Below the pieces are notes generated by a model, which worked only from the letters and a program-made list of their open reading frames with translations, had not been told where the DNA came from and did not search any database. From assembly GCA_964619885.1 (NCBI GenBank), contig CAZUGA010000011.1, forward strand, positions 38,441 through 102,440: a DNA stretch of 64,000 nt, in the 5' to 3' direction. Origin of the DNA: an uncultured Methylococcaceae bacterium. GTDB lineage: Bacteria; Pseudomonadota; Gammaproteobacteria; Methylococcales; UBA1147. Below, piece after piece: positions 48,958-59,969 of this stretch (positions within the stretch are counted from its first letter, which is position 1; each line of letters begins with the position of its first letter). Position numbers and translations under genes: made by a program.

Positions 48958-49427
48958 CATTCCATCGGTCCACTAATGTGGAAAATCCGCAACCGTATAA
49001 ATCTTTCTAGCGTCGTGTGCCTACACATGAAAATATACGCACTTATGTATTGGACTACCCAACAGATGTCCATCTATACGCACGGTTCAACAAGTACCGC
49101 AAGGATTATCGACCGAGCGTTGGAATAGAGCTATCAGGTTTTAACGGTACGGCAAGTCTCTTCCACTCTTCTCAAGCTGCCCCGAATACCCATAATCGAT
49201 GGGGAGCCGGCGATCCCCTTTGGCCATCATCTACCCGAAACCCGAAAAATCGTCGGAATCACTACTCTAGTGTTCTATTGAAACTCCAAAAATACCAATT
49301 TTTCATCCGAGAACGTCACATTTGACAACTTACAGGTCCTTCCGTACATTTCCAATTGATCAAAAAGGGCGTTTATTTTTCTTACGCTCCAGTGGCAAAT
49401 ACAGGGGTTCAGGTACTGAAAGGGAAT

Positions 49428-50837
49428 TCAATTTTCCTTTATTGCCGCATACGAAAGTTCAAAGACCTTATCAAGCCCTACGTCGTTAAAATGACCATCA
49501 TCGTCCGAAGCGAAGATGAATACTCTACCCATCTCAGTTTTTAGGGGATCGTTCAAGTCAATAAATTCCGCGGTACTCGATTGAAAATGGTCAGCTAGAA
49601 GTTGAGAGACCAACACATGACGGCGATCATATTTGCGTAAACTGTTATTCGATGGATTACTAATTTCGTATTCTGAATAGAGGGTTAGTGGCGACGGCAG
49701 CAGAAAAAATATTGGGATGGCGCCTGAACTTTCTACAAGTGAAACGATATCATCGATTGCCTTTTTTACATACAACCATTTGATATCTTGATCATTGATT
49801 TCTGGTGGGGGCCATAGGGAGTCATCAATAATTAATGTCTTATACGGCAGGCGGATCGTACGACTGTTAATTGGATCTGATTCGGAAAGCCCGCTTTGCT
49901 GATTGATTGAAATTGCTGGAACATCCATACCAAAATCGATGACTCCACTTCTCTCCCACAGATAGCCGGAAAGTCCTCGAATAACATTGATCACTAACGG
50001 AAGATATGGAATCTCTTTGGTTTCACCAATAACGTAGTCCGCATAGTTGCCATTTTTATTTAGGATATCGTGATAAGCTTCAGCATCTTGGAAATCGTTA
50101 CCTATATACAAATAAGTCAATACATAATGGTGCTTTATTTTTCTCTCGACCACGTAGCGTTTGTAGACATCCCTATATTGTTGGGGTGCAAAACCCTCCA
50201 TGCCAAGATTGATTGCCGAATAACCAATTTTTCTAAACCTATCCGCTAGATCTTGCTTGGCATCGAGCGCAAATAGCATTGAATCCCCTAGAAACACAAT
50301 GTCATAATTATCGGCATTGTGGGCTGGATTTCTAAACCCTTCTTCGTCAATATGAACGTTTGGTCGCCGCAATTCTCCATAAGTCATTTGTCGAGACGGT
50401 GGGTAGTGGAAAACCATATCTTGCCCGGTATAGTATCCCCACTTATGGGCGACTGCGATCCGAATTTCCTCGATTGTACTTTTAGGCAAATAGATCATTA
50501 GCGGACCTGGGACCAATTCCGGTTTTAGCCGAAACACTACTTCAAATACAACCAACGTTAGTACGACCAAATATGCCAAGTAGTTATTAATATTTTGCAG
50601 TTTTGTACGCGTCAATGAAAGTACCAGGTACGCCGAGAGAAACAACAATGCGACAAGCAGTGCAAAGCGCTCCCAAGACCAGATAAAAATTGTTGGACGC
50701 GAAGAGTGATGAGAAATATTAACGAAAAGACAGTATACGACCACGCATAATACAAAAAGCGTTAGCATCATTCTTAAACGAATATGATTCGTTCCGATCG
50801 AATTTTTCATATGACACGCCGTATTTTTTGCTGCCAT
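49428..50837 (-). CDS. Membrane-anchored SGNH-like protein (AlgJ/AlgX-like candidate O-acyl-modifying enzyme)
   Basis: Three N-terminal TMs. YDIVFLGDSMLFA (GDS block I) and SDDDGHFNDVG (DxxH block V). Confidence 0.55.
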   Translation of the reverse strand: MAAKNTACHMKNSIGTNHIRLRMMLTLFVLCVVVYCLFVNISHHSSRPTIFIWSWERFALLVALLFLSAYLVLSLTRTKLQNINNYLAYLVVLTLVVFEVVFRLKPELVPGPLMIYLPKSTIEEIRIAVAHKWGYYTGQDMVFHYPPSRQMTYGELRRPNVHIDEEGFRNPAHNADNYDIVFLGDSMLFALDAKQDLADRFRKIGYSAINLGMEGFAPQQYRDVYKRYVVERKIKHHYVLTYLYIGNDFQDAEAYHDILNKNGNYADYVIGETKEIPYLPLVINVIRGLSGYLWERSGVIDFGMDVPAISINQQSGLSESDPINSRTIRLPYKTLIIDDSLWPPPEINDQDIKWLYVKKAIDDIVSLVESSGAIPIFFLLPSPLTLYSEYEISNPSNNSLRKYDRRHVLVSQLLADHFQSSTAEFIDLNDPLKTEMGRVFIFASDDDGHFNDVGLDKVFELSYAAIKEN

Positions 50838-51104
50838 TATTGTACTTATTTTTCAGGCGATGTCTGTAAACAAAAATTCAATAGGATAAATTTGAACAAC
50901 TTGGCTAGCATAAGGACCAGCAACGGCGAGATTGAGAGTCAAACGCTATCGAAATTCTTTGCGTTGTATTGCAGCAAACATTGTGAGATCGCGCCTAGAA
51001 TTGTAGTCTACGTCGCTAGACCCAACCCCACATCCTGCATTGATATTTCCGTTATAGACCTGAACCTGGAATGACTAGCTAGCTTATTCAAGATTGTTAA
51101 ACGA

Positions 51105-51548
51105 TTACAATCCGCTGTTTGTTTCTCTAAAAATATAGGCAAACAAGTCAAATGAGTCTTGTTGTGGAATCAAACTGACCCGATAGTCAAAATCGAATAA
51201 CGTAGGTATGCTTTCGATCCCTGAATTTCGTCTATCGAGTGAATTGAACGAAAACTGAATACGACAAAGCCTCTTTCGACATTCCGATATAATATATGCA
51301 CTGTGATCTTGCACTTTGTCTGCAAGTATCATTTCCATTTCGCTAGCCCAAACTTCATCTCTTGATTCTTGATACAGCGTCGCTTCCAATTCTTGCGTAT
51401 CTCGAATATCGTGTTCCCTTAGCAATTGAGATCGTCCCGAATATGATAGATTGTCAACGTCATCGATTGGACTATCGTCGTTAATTTCGACATCATCCGA
51501 CGTACTGTCCTCTAGAGATTCAATGCGCGTTTGTAGAGACCAAATCAT
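51105..51548 (-). CDS. Hypothetical acidic protein
   Basis: Only a 147-aa ORF. No signal peptide or motif recognised. Confidence 0.3.
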   Translation of the reverse strand: MIWSLQTRIESLEDSTSDDVEINDDSPIDDVDNLSYSGRSQLLREHDIRDTQELEATLYQESRDEVWASEMEMILADKVQDHSAYIISECRKRLCRIQFSFNSLDRRNSGIESIPTLFDFDYRVSLIPQQDSFDLFAYIFRETNSGL

Positions 51549-51918
51549 GCGTCTTAGTTCAATATTTTCTCGACCAAGTTTTATGATGCAAAGAATTTAT
51601 GTCTACGTGACCTGACGATTCTGCTCGTGGAACTGGCACTGAGCCCAATAGTTTAGAACTAGTAGAGGGTCGGGCAACGATTCGTGCGATAAACAGCCAC
51701 ATAGAGCAATGGATGGTCTCAAGTGGGCCGAGGTATCGTGTATTCCATTGGCTTGACTTCTCGTTCCATGTTCATGACGTAAGAACCAAAGCGATTGATG
51801 TTTCCCTTGCGAAAGGGGTTTAGCTTCGCAGGATGTCGTCGTCAATCGAGTATCCTTGGTACATCGGTTCACCAAGCGTTTTGGTCATCTAGCAAAAAAA
51901 AAAACGAAACCGGATTTA

Positions 51919-52656
51919 TCAGAATACACGTAGATCCCTCATAGACACACATTCCACGTTCGAACTGGAATCCAATAATGCCAATAGTTCACTCAGCGCC
52001 GCCCGTTCTTTTTGATCCATGTGCTCGTGGTGAAGCATTACACCTATAGCTGACTTTTCCCAGATCGCGGAAGCAATAAGCTTGCCGATTTCAATCGGTT
52101 GGAGCCGCATACCACGCTTCTTTTTAAACCAATCAACATTAACAGGCAGTTCGACCAAACGGCCGGTGTTCAATGGTATTGCGGTCTCATCCCGCGAAAT
52201 CGAAGCAAACTCTAAATCGATTAACACCTCGACCGTGTCTTGAGTACAGCGATTCCACGGTGGGGTAAAAATCTGGTCAACGCCGTATCCAAAATAATCA
52301 CAAAGCTGGCATTGCCCCATCCATATGTCAAACTTCTGCTGTTCGTATGATCGATAGCTGCCGAATTCACACTTACGACCTTCATTTTGATGATTTAGAT
52401 GTCGAAATCCGTGCTGGTGAATTCCGATACGTTGCTCGCTGGCTTCAATTCGGTTTCGAAGTAACGCCGCACTTTGGGCATCAAAGGCTTGAGGAATAGC
52501 AGCAAGATCTAACGGCATAGCGAACGCCGAAAAGCAATCCATCAGCTTGAAAAGCCGATCATCATGCCAGCCCGCATCGTCATCGCGGAAGAAAAACCTG
52601 ACTTGCGACCTGATATTTCTAAGCGCAACCTCGACCGACTCAAGCCATTGTTCCAC
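51919..52656 (-). CDS. Polysaccharide-deacetylase-like (divergent CE4/DUF2334-like) protein
   Basis: FFFRDDDAGW and HQHGFRH resemble the Asp and His metal/catalytic motifs of divergent NodB-fold enzymes. The similarity is weak. Confidence 0.42.
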   Translation of the reverse strand: MEQWLESVEVALRNIRSQVRFFFRDDDAGWHDDRLFKLMDCFSAFAMPLDLAAIPQAFDAQSAALLRNRIEASEQRIGIHQHGFRHLNHQNEGRKCEFGSYRSYEQQKFDIWMGQCQLCDYFGYGVDQIFTPPWNRCTQDTVEVLIDLEFASISRDETAIPLNTGRLVELPVNVDWFKKKRGMRLQPIEIGKLIASAIWEKSAIGVMLHHEHMDQKERAALSELLALLDSSSNVECVSMRDLRVF

Positions 52657-53845
52657 TTGTTACCTCTTCAGCTTCTGTTTTTCTCGCTTCCGCCAACTGA
52701 ATAATCACATTCCGTGTTTGCTTGCAGCCATCCATATCAAACCCATGACGACGATTTGTGGACGAACACAATGCTTCGAGTTGCGTGATCATGTTATCAG
52801 GGTTTAGCTCGGATTCCTCCAAGATTCTAACCATCCCCAACCCCGCGAGTTTTTCCGCACGCTTAGACTGCTCGTTCTCCTGACCTTCAGAGTACGGAAT
52901 CACCAGCGCCGGTACTTGAGCCTGCAGCAAATCCATGACCGTGTTATATCCGCATTGGCTGATCGATACTTTCGCGTTCTTCAATAAATGTCTCAAATTG
53001 GGCACCGATCGATAAAGAGTTAACCCCGGTCTTTTGCGAGCAAACCGGGTGAGCGACAGCCAGTCGATTTCGGGAAGAAACGGACCCGCGACGATGGTCA
53101 TCGAGGCGTTGAGTTTGCCGCACAAACGCGGTTGAGCTTCTACAGCCGCGTGTAAGAGTCCGGTTCCTACAATTCCGCCGCCTGCCGAAACGACTATTCC
53201 CGGTTGTGAATCAATGTTGGAATTACCGTTATCCGTATCATCAGCTAAGGCAAATCCAGTATAAAATAGAGGCGTTTTCAATGGACGGCTGGGGCGAAAA
53301 GATTCATCCAGTTTCGCGAATTTAGGATCTGTATGGACCAATACCGCATCGAAATATCGATCCGTCAACCAACGCGCCCGATCGTCAAAGTATTGTTGAT
53401 CATCTCTACCATCAACGAGTATGTCTCGAAGGCTGCAAACAACCAGTGGTTTTGGATCCGAACGTTTCGCCGCACGCAATAGAGGCAGTAATTCGAAGGC
53501 AAATTTTTTGCGGCCAAATGGAAAGAGTTCAATCAGCACAACAGCAGGCTGCAATCGAAGATAAGTATCCATGATCATTTTACGTCGACGGTTCTTTGCC
53601 TCGGCGACGTCGCATCCCTGAACCCGAGTTACTAATTTTCCATCGGCCTCCATCCCCAATGGCGGCAAATCTATAAACTCGATATTGGACGGCCGCAGAA
53701 TAGCGTCTGGAAACCTCCCGCCATTTAAAAACACAACCCTAAAATATTGCGCGAGCGGTTCTACGACGGCAATGGACCGGCGCAAATGCCCTATACCAAC
53801 AGAATGTTGGCAATAGAGCAGTAAAACAGGCAAGTCATCTTCCAT
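52640..53845 (-). CDS. GT-B glycosyltransferase, MurG/GT28 C-terminal-domain-like
   Basis: ATG at MEDDLPVLLLYCQHSVGIGHLRR. VVSAGGGIVGTG and SQCGYNTVMDLLQAQVPALVIP are present. It is a paralog of 59954..61228. Confidence 0.68.
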   Translation of the reverse strand: MEDDLPVLLLYCQHSVGIGHLRRSIAVVEPLAQYFRVVFLNGGRFPDAILRPSNIEFIDLPPLGMEADGKLVTRVQGCDVAEAKNRRRKMIMDTYLRLQPAVVLIELFPFGRKKFAFELLPLLRAAKRSDPKPLVVCSLRDILVDGRDDQQYFDDRARWLTDRYFDAVLVHTDPKFAKLDESFRPSRPLKTPLFYTGFALADDTDNGNSNIDSQPGIVVSAGGGIVGTGLLHAAVEAQPRLCGKLNASMTIVAGPFLPEIDWLSLTRFARKRPGLTLYRSVPNLRHLLKNAKVSISQCGYNTVMDLLQAQVPALVIPYSEGQENEQSKRAEKLAGLGMVRILEESELNPDNMITQLEALCSSTNRRHGFDMDGCKQTRNVIIQLAEARKTEAEEVTSGTMA

Positions 53846-53911
53846 TACCGGCCCCGGCCCCAACCACTAAGTGCAGTTCATAGCGTACAAACATATTTCA
53901 CATACCATCAG

Positions 53912-55342
53912 TTAACTGGCCTCTGCGCAAACAACTTTACAATCACGCGGGAGCCAACTTGGACAAAATTTGGGATCGAGAAGACATTCAGCTGTACCGA
54001 CCAGATCATCTAAAATTTCCATACGACCTGGCTTTAATCGCGTGAATCCGCGATAAAGTCGCTGGTAGATCAACGCTGCAGCAATATGCCAACGCAAGCG
54101 CGTTTCAGAAATTGGCCACGGTACGCTGTCGCCATAACCCACGAGAAAGCTTTTAATTGTGGGATCCACGAGCTCGGCGGGGATATCCGTCACTAGGCTG
54201 AGATTGATGATCATCGCGACGAAACTACCGATCTCTTGCAGAGGGTCTCCCCAATTCAAGTTATCCAAATCGATCAGGTAAACCCCATCGTTGTGACATA
54301 GAATGTTTTTAAGGTGAAGATCGCCATGCAGCACTGCCCGTTGCTCGCATTCGATAGTCGGTAGCAATCCGAGCAGGCTCTCGATTAGGCGATCAACCTT
54401 CAGTCGGTAGGGAGGATCGAATACACGCAATAAACACCCAACTTTATTTAATTCCCGACTCAGTTCTGAGGAACCGTATTCAATGCAACCCTCAATTCGC
54501 TGTTGGTGAAGACACGCAATCTGTTGCGCGGCTTGCGCGATATTTTCCAGTAATGTTGCGCCGTCAGCGGTAAATTCCGATAACAGCACACCGGGCACGC
54601 TATGCTGCCATAACATTTTAAGCTGAGGTTGATAGGTCAATGGCTCGGGGATTCGCAGTCTCTCCTCACGACATGCTGGACTGTCCCACAATTGGCGCAT
54701 CAAAGAATAGGTTCGTTCGCCATCATCGTTGTAGTAGGTCTTGCCATACAACAGCAAGTCGCGGCGTGCTCCTGACGATTGATGCACCATCTTAAATTTC
54801 GCTCGAACCGTACACGTGTGTTCAGGAATGTAGCGGATGATTTCTGGCCGACATTCGTCAACCATCCAATCAATTCCAAAACGTTTTGAAATCAGTTCGG
54901 GTAAATCGGTCTGTCCCAGGAACTGGCTATTGTCTACTTTATCCAGATGATGCAGCTTACGGTCGTACGGAAAAACCCAGGCAACTGTATCCAATTCGGG
55001 AATATGCAATACGGATTTTTTTAGATCGTGACCATCCACCAGCCCCTGACAGGCTTTGCCGTAGCGTGTTATTGCGCCACCCGCTTCGAAGCATCTAGCG
55101 TATATCCGTTGCTCCGAACGATAACCGATCACGGTACTCTCAACGATTAACCGATAGCATACCTGGCAGTTTTTTGCCGGTTTGTATTTGATGCGCTCGA
55201 TGTAACATTGCGAGATGGTTTGTGACCCATCAGAAAACAGCTGGCGTTGAAACACGGATCGCATCTTGTCCACGTCAATCAACACCGGTAAATGTTGCAA
55301 TGTCTTGTCTGAAGGAATCATTACAAATTTTCGGTTTTGCAA
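53912..55342 (-). CDS. APH/choline-kinase-fold phosphotransferase
   Basis: VLHGDLHLKNIL and YLIDLDNLNWGDPLQEIG motifs are intact. The start could instead be the ATG at 55321. Confidence 0.75.
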   Translation of the reverse strand: MQNRKFVMIPSDKTLQHLPVLIDVDKMRSVFQRQLFSDGSQTISQCYIERIKYKPAKNCQVCYRLIVESTVIGYRSEQRIYARCFEAGGAITRYGKACQGLVDGHDLKKSVLHIPELDTVAWVFPYDRKLHHLDKVDNSQFLGQTDLPELISKRFGIDWMVDECRPEIIRYIPEHTCTVRAKFKMVHQSSGARRDLLLYGKTYYNDDGERTYSLMRQLWDSPACREERLRIPEPLTYQPQLKMLWQHSVPGVLLSEFTADGATLLENIAQAAQQIACLHQQRIEGCIEYGSSELSRELNKVGCLLRVFDPPYRLKVDRLIESLLGLLPTIECEQRAVLHGDLHLKNILCHNDGVYLIDLDNLNWGDPLQEIGSFVAMIINLSLVTDIPAELVDPTIKSFLVGYGDSVPWPISETRLRWHIAAALIYQRLYRGFTRLKPGRMEILDDLVGTAECLLDPKFCPSWLPRDCKVVCAEAS

Positions 55343-57429
55343 TGTGCCTGTTGGTCAATCTCTATAGTGCTTCCCGGTGCTGAGAAACAACACAGTGGAT
55401 CTCCGTTACGTCCAAGCCGCAAAAAACAAAAAGTGCCGTCGAAATGATAATTGCTGATTCGCCATTTTCGTGGAACACCATCATGAGATATAAAAAAATA
55501 ATCGGTGACACGACGGTTCCCGGATTCGATGCTGAGCGAAAATGCCACAGCGTCCGATGATGGACTTTGGTCGTGGCCTATTTCGGCATCCAAAATTTCG
55601 ACGCGAAACCGAGGGCTCGTATTTTTGAAGGGATACAGTAGCGTATTAAATGCAACGCATTTATCCATACACCCAATATTGACTATCGGCGCATCGTTTC
55701 TTACACCATAACTCGGAGAGACGTAACCCGATTCTACGGCCACGTCGATTCCATTTTTGCCTTTGTACGGTAGAACCATCGCAAGATTTGATGATTCTAT
55801 TGTAATCGATTGCCTATCCCGCCGAACCGGCGGAAGGTTAGTGGACTGCGGAGAGAGATGATAGTGTAAACGATACTCGTGTGCGTTAGTATCGCGCAGA
55901 CGATCGGATACCAACCAATACTCGCCCTGCACAAAAAAAATCAACCTTTCGTGGGTCGCGGTATATTGCGGACTGCGTGCAATCCCCTGCAATAGATCGA
56001 AACCGTCGTTGCTGACAAAACTCTGCAACTTAGCCATAGGGCAATCGCCGTGAATCTTATATTTCCCCAATCGGGCGTTGTATCGATAATCCACCTGATT
56101 TTTGCCGTCTACGGTAACTGTGTTGTGGTAGCGTGTGGACCGAAACATAGCGCGCCAGTTGGTATCACCGGATTCGTCGTAAGTGTAACGCCCTGGATCG
56201 ACGATCAAACTACGTCCGTAGGCCGCCATTTCAATATTCAATAGGTCAAAATGGCCATGATTGCCCGCACCTAGCGGACCACAATCGAACACCAGATAGC
56301 GTGCATCCTGATACGCTTCCCGATCGCGGGCCCACGAGCTTCTCAACACAGAATAACCACTCTGCGTAAAACTTCTGGATCGTTGCCGCGGAGGGACGCC
56401 AGATTTCCCGCGAGAACCAACGAAAATCAGGTGTTCATCTGCATATAACTTTGCCCCCAATAACATCCAATCCAAAAAGCTGCGTGTATCGCCATCGCTC
56501 AGAGAAGGTATGTTACCGTCCGGTTTATGCACATATAACGAAAAATTCAACGCCCTTTTTACCGCCTGGTCAAAGCGTTTCTCCATGCTGATATTGTTGG
56601 CAACCGCCAAGCGTTTGACCGCCAGGAAATTTTTCAACACGATGTGGTGGTAAAAAGTGGAAAGCTCACAATGCACGCCGTCCGGTAATATATCGGTCGC
56701 GGCATTGTCAGCCAATGCGCCTATCGAAAACTCCAACCAGCGGTCCGAACCGCGCAGTTCCGGAAACCAGACCGCTGCCAGAAAAATCGCGTACATCTCC
56801 AGCGTTCGATGGTTGCGCGCGGGCGTTAGATGATCGATTAAGAACTCAACTTGTTCGCTTAACGACGCCAGGAATCGAGTCAAGAACGTCGAAGAAACGT
56901 CACTGTGTGGATTGCCTGTCACCAAATAATAAAAGGAATAAATCCAGTTCTGGACGCGTCGGCCAGTGACATCGCTGGCAATAAAACCCGGCTCGGTCTG
57001 CTCGATCCACGAATCAATCAATTCAACCCATTTTTCGAGAAATTCGACATTACCGGTTTCCCGGTATCGATTCCCCAATCCGACTAGGTAGTAGCCCTTG
57101 TGTAAAAAAATCAGCCATTCGATATCGCTGCTGGGATTCTTTCTCCAGTCGATTTTGGATCCCAAATCGTGAAGCTCGTCGTTAAACGTAAAACGATTGC
57201 TTAACACGTCATCGATAAACGCTGGCTCGACTTGATCCGCCTCGTGGACCGGAAACAACTCGATGGATTGTCTATTTTTGAAATGGGCTAGTAATTTTTG
57301 ACCGGAATAACGGTCGAAGGGTGCCTTAAACGTCGATAGGGCTGTGATCGACGCAGCTGGAATGTTATCCGCCGATGGGCTCTTACGAATGAGCACGAAT
57401 GACCTCTCTATCAGCTGTCTTCGTGACAC
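55321..57429 (-). CDS. Heparinase II/III-family protein (alginate-lyase-like N-domain plus Hepar_II_III C-domain)
   Basis: ...NHRTLEMYAIFLAAVWFPEL... and GAGNHGHFDLLNIEMAAYGRSLIVDPG are typical of the family. 702 aa. Confidence 0.78.
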   Translation of the reverse strand: MSRRQLIERSFVLIRKSPSADNIPAASITALSTFKAPFDRYSGQKLLAHFKNRQSIELFPVHEADQVEPAFIDDVLSNRFTFNDELHDLGSKIDWRKNPSSDIEWLIFLHKGYYLVGLGNRYRETGNVEFLEKWVELIDSWIEQTEPGFIASDVTGRRVQNWIYSFYYLVTGNPHSDVSSTFLTRFLASLSEQVEFLIDHLTPARNHRTLEMYAIFLAAVWFPELRGSDRWLEFSIGALADNAATDILPDGVHCELSTFYHHIVLKNFLAVKRLAVANNISMEKRFDQAVKRALNFSLYVHKPDGNIPSLSDGDTRSFLDWMLLGAKLYADEHLIFVGSRGKSGVPPRQRSRSFTQSGYSVLRSSWARDREAYQDARYLVFDCGPLGAGNHGHFDLLNIEMAAYGRSLIVDPGRYTYDESGDTNWRAMFRSTRYHNTVTVDGKNQVDYRYNARLGKYKIHGDCPMAKLQSFVSNDGFDLLQGIARSPQYTATHERLIFFVQGEYWLVSDRLRDTNAHEYRLHYHLSPQSTNLPPVRRDRQSITIESSNLAMVLPYKGKNGIDVAVESGYVSPSYGVRNDAPIVNIGCMDKCVAFNTLLYPFKNTSPRFRVEILDAEIGHDQSPSSDAVAFSLSIESGNRRVTDYFFISHDGVPRKWRISNYHFDGTFCFLRLGRNGDPLCCFSAPGSTIEIDQQAHCKTENL

Positions 57430-58720
57430 TAGACGCTATCGAACTATTCAATAAATTTTGTAATTGCAGCGTGGTCTTGGCTGAATCAAATCGTTCACAA
57501 ACAGTTTTTCTAGCATTGCTGGAAAGCCGACTCGCCAGCATCGTATTGCTCAACAAGCGTTCCATGGCAACCGCGAGCGATTCTGTGTCTTGCGGCTTAA
57601 CCAACAACCCATTTTTTTCATTTTCGATTAATTCCGGAATCCCGGAGATTTCGGTGGACACCACCGGAAGCCCACAAGCCATCGCTTCGACCAACACATT
57701 CGGAATGCCATCTCGATCGCCATCCTTGACAATTTGGCACGGCAACACAAACAGAGTGCTTTGCTGATAAATCGGTAACAATTCCTCGTGTGCCCTGGGC
57801 CCTTCGAGCGTCATGTAGCCTACCAGACCCAAGCTTGTAATTTGGCGCAAAAGCACGGGGTACTGGTCTCCGCGCTCTCCGATAATCCTGCAGTTAAATC
57901 TAGTGCCTTTGTTGCGCAGAATCGCACAGGCCTCGATCAAACGGTCAAACCCCTTTTTTTCGACAAAACGGCCAATAGCGAGTATGACCGGATCTGGCCT
58001 TCGATAAGGTCTATCCTCAGGTCTGAAAAAGTTGACATCGATCCCATGGTATATTTTGTGTATTTTGGTCTCCCGGCCCAGCCATTTCAGGTATGTTTCA
58101 TTAGCACCCGTACACGTTGCAACAAAGCTCGATGCCTGAATTTTCAGATTCAGCAGATTACCCGGATTCTGGTTTTCCTGATAGATATCTTTGGCATGAG
58201 CGGTAAAACTAAACGGTAATCCTGTAAGACGGCTGACGAACATTGCGATGGTGGTCGCGCCATGACAAAAATGAGCGTGACAATGTCGAATCTGCCCGGA
58301 ATCTTCAATTTGGCGGGCGATGTATCCGGCCTGGATAAATTCTTTAACAAAAACCTTCTTCGGCTTGGAAAAAAAACTTTCCCGGTAACGAAGACTCATC
58401 GCTAAGACGCTCGTCAGTGTTCGCAGATATCGAAAAGGTTGCTGGCGCGCCAACCGAATATGACTACGCCAATAGAAGGGCAGATTCTGCCATAACCACG
58501 CCAGTAGCCAAGTCTTGGAGAGCGACGTCATCGATGGCAGATATTCAAGCTCCGATCGGATTTCAGAAACAATATGATGCTCCAATTCTTCCGACGGCCG
58601 CTTTACCGAAAACAGCTGCATATCGGTGCCCATTTTTTCCAGCATCAGGATCTCATTACTAATAAACGTTTCGGACAAGCGTGGGAAGCCTTTTACGATA
58701 TACGCAATTTTGTTATCCAT
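57383..58720 (-). CDS. GT4-family glycosyltransferase (WcaL-like)
   Basis: IAYIVKGFPRLSETFISNEIL, EKKGF, DGIPNVLVEAMACGLPVVST..SGIPELI....NGLLV. Confidence 0.85.
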   Translation of the reverse strand: MDNKIAYIVKGFPRLSETFISNEILMLEKMGTDMQLFSVKRPSEELEHHIVSEIRSELEYLPSMTSLSKTWLLAWLWQNLPFYWRSHIRLARQQPFRYLRTLTSVLAMSLRYRESFFSKPKKVFVKEFIQAGYIARQIEDSGQIRHCHAHFCHGATTIAMFVSRLTGLPFSFTAHAKDIYQENQNPGNLLNLKIQASSFVATCTGANETYLKWLGRETKIHKIYHGIDVNFFRPEDRPYRRPDPVILAIGRFVEKKGFDRLIEACAILRNKGTRFNCRIIGERGDQYPVLLRQITSLGLVGYMTLEGPRAHEELLPIYQQSTLFVLPCQIVKDGDRDGIPNVLVEAMACGLPVVSTEISGIPELIENEKNGLLVKPQDTESLAVAMERLLSNTMLASRLSSNARKTVCERFDSAKTTLQLQNLLNSSIASSVTKTADREVIRAHS

Positions 58721-59969
58721 GATTTATTTTTGCAGTAATCTCAGATAGTGTGATGGTGTTATCTGACCGTAGCGCATCCGCCAACAGTTCTTTCAATCGA
58801 CCGATATGCTGATTACCCGAAAAACGTTGCAATACCCTCCGATTGCCGGCGTTACCCATTGTTTTTCCAAGTTCAGGCTGGTCCAATAAGCGTTTCAACG
58901 CGTCAAATAATGCCGCCGCATTCTCGGGTTCAACCAATAAGCCGGTCTTTTCGTCGTCAACCAATTCGGGTATACCGGATACCGGCGTGGAAACCACCGG
59001 TATTGAAAAAGCCATGGATTCCATCAACACATTAGGGATGCCGTCCCGGTCGCCATTTGCCGCGATGAGGGATGGCAATGCAAAAATATTCGTTTGACGA
59101 TAAATCTTAACTAGTTCGCTGTGCGTCATTTTGCCAAGCAGACGCACGACTCCTGTCAATTGATAGCGTGTAATCAACGCTTTTAATTCATAATAATCCG
59201 GACCGTATCCGACGATATCGCATTGGAATTCGTAGCCTGCTCGGACCAACAGCTGGCAAGCTCCTATTAGGAATGCAAACCCTTTTTTTTCTCTCAGACG
59301 GCCAACACTAAGAATACGCGGTACCCCTCCGACTTGAAGATCACCCGAGTTTTCAGCCATGATCCTAGCCGCATCGAGCCCATGGTAAACCCTATAAATA
59401 GGTGTTGCGGACGAATTGATTGACCGGAGATAACGCTGGTTGTACTCGGTGCAGGTCACAACAAATCGGGCATTCGCAATTTTTCTGCTAAGAGGTTTGG
59501 CATCGTTGACATAGATGTCTTTAGCATGCGCGGAAATACTGTAGCTTATCCCGCAAAGACGGTTTACCGCTTCCGCCAATCCGGCCGGATCGCTGGCAAA
59601 GTGAGCATGAATATGGCGAATTCCTTTTGCATCGGCCAAAGTCGCGAGGTGCACGGCTTGAGCAAATTGCGCGAAGTTTCCGCCTTCTGACCGCCTTAAA
59701 ATAAAAGAAAGCGTACTCAAGTAGCGCAAAGGCCTCTTACATACAAATTCTAGATGCGCCGCCAGCGAAAACAAACCGCCTCGTTGGTCGCCTGATAGAT
59801 AATCAACATTCGCAGAAACATTGTCGAACGCGGTGTGAAACTCATCATCCGTCGGTCTTTGCAGGGCGAATATATGCAGACCGGTGGATTCACGTTGCAG
59901 TGCCAATATTTCCTGTAGAACAAAGGTCTCCGAAAGTTTTGGGTAAGTCTTAACTAAGAAACCAAGCAT
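58713..59969 (-). CDS. GT4-family glycosyltransferase (WcaL-like)
   Basis: Start at MLGFLVKTYPKLSETFVLQEIL. EKKGF and DGIPNVLMESMAFSIPVVST..SGIPELV....TGLLV. Confidence 0.85.
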   Translation of the reverse strand: MLGFLVKTYPKLSETFVLQEILALQRESTGLHIFALQRPTDDEFHTAFDNVSANVDYLSGDQRGGLFSLAAHLEFVCKRPLRYLSTLSFILRRSEGGNFAQFAQAVHLATLADAKGIRHIHAHFASDPAGLAEAVNRLCGISYSISAHAKDIYVNDAKPLSRKIANARFVVTCTEYNQRYLRSINSSATPIYRVYHGLDAARIMAENSGDLQVGGVPRILSVGRLREKKGFAFLIGACQLLVRAGYEFQCDIVGYGPDYYELKALITRYQLTGVVRLLGKMTHSELVKIYRQTNIFALPSLIAANGDRDGIPNVLMESMAFSIPVVSTPVSGIPELVDDEKTGLLVEPENAAALFDALKRLLDQPELGKTMGNAGNRRVLQRFSGNQHIGRLKELLADALRSDNTITLSEITAKINHG

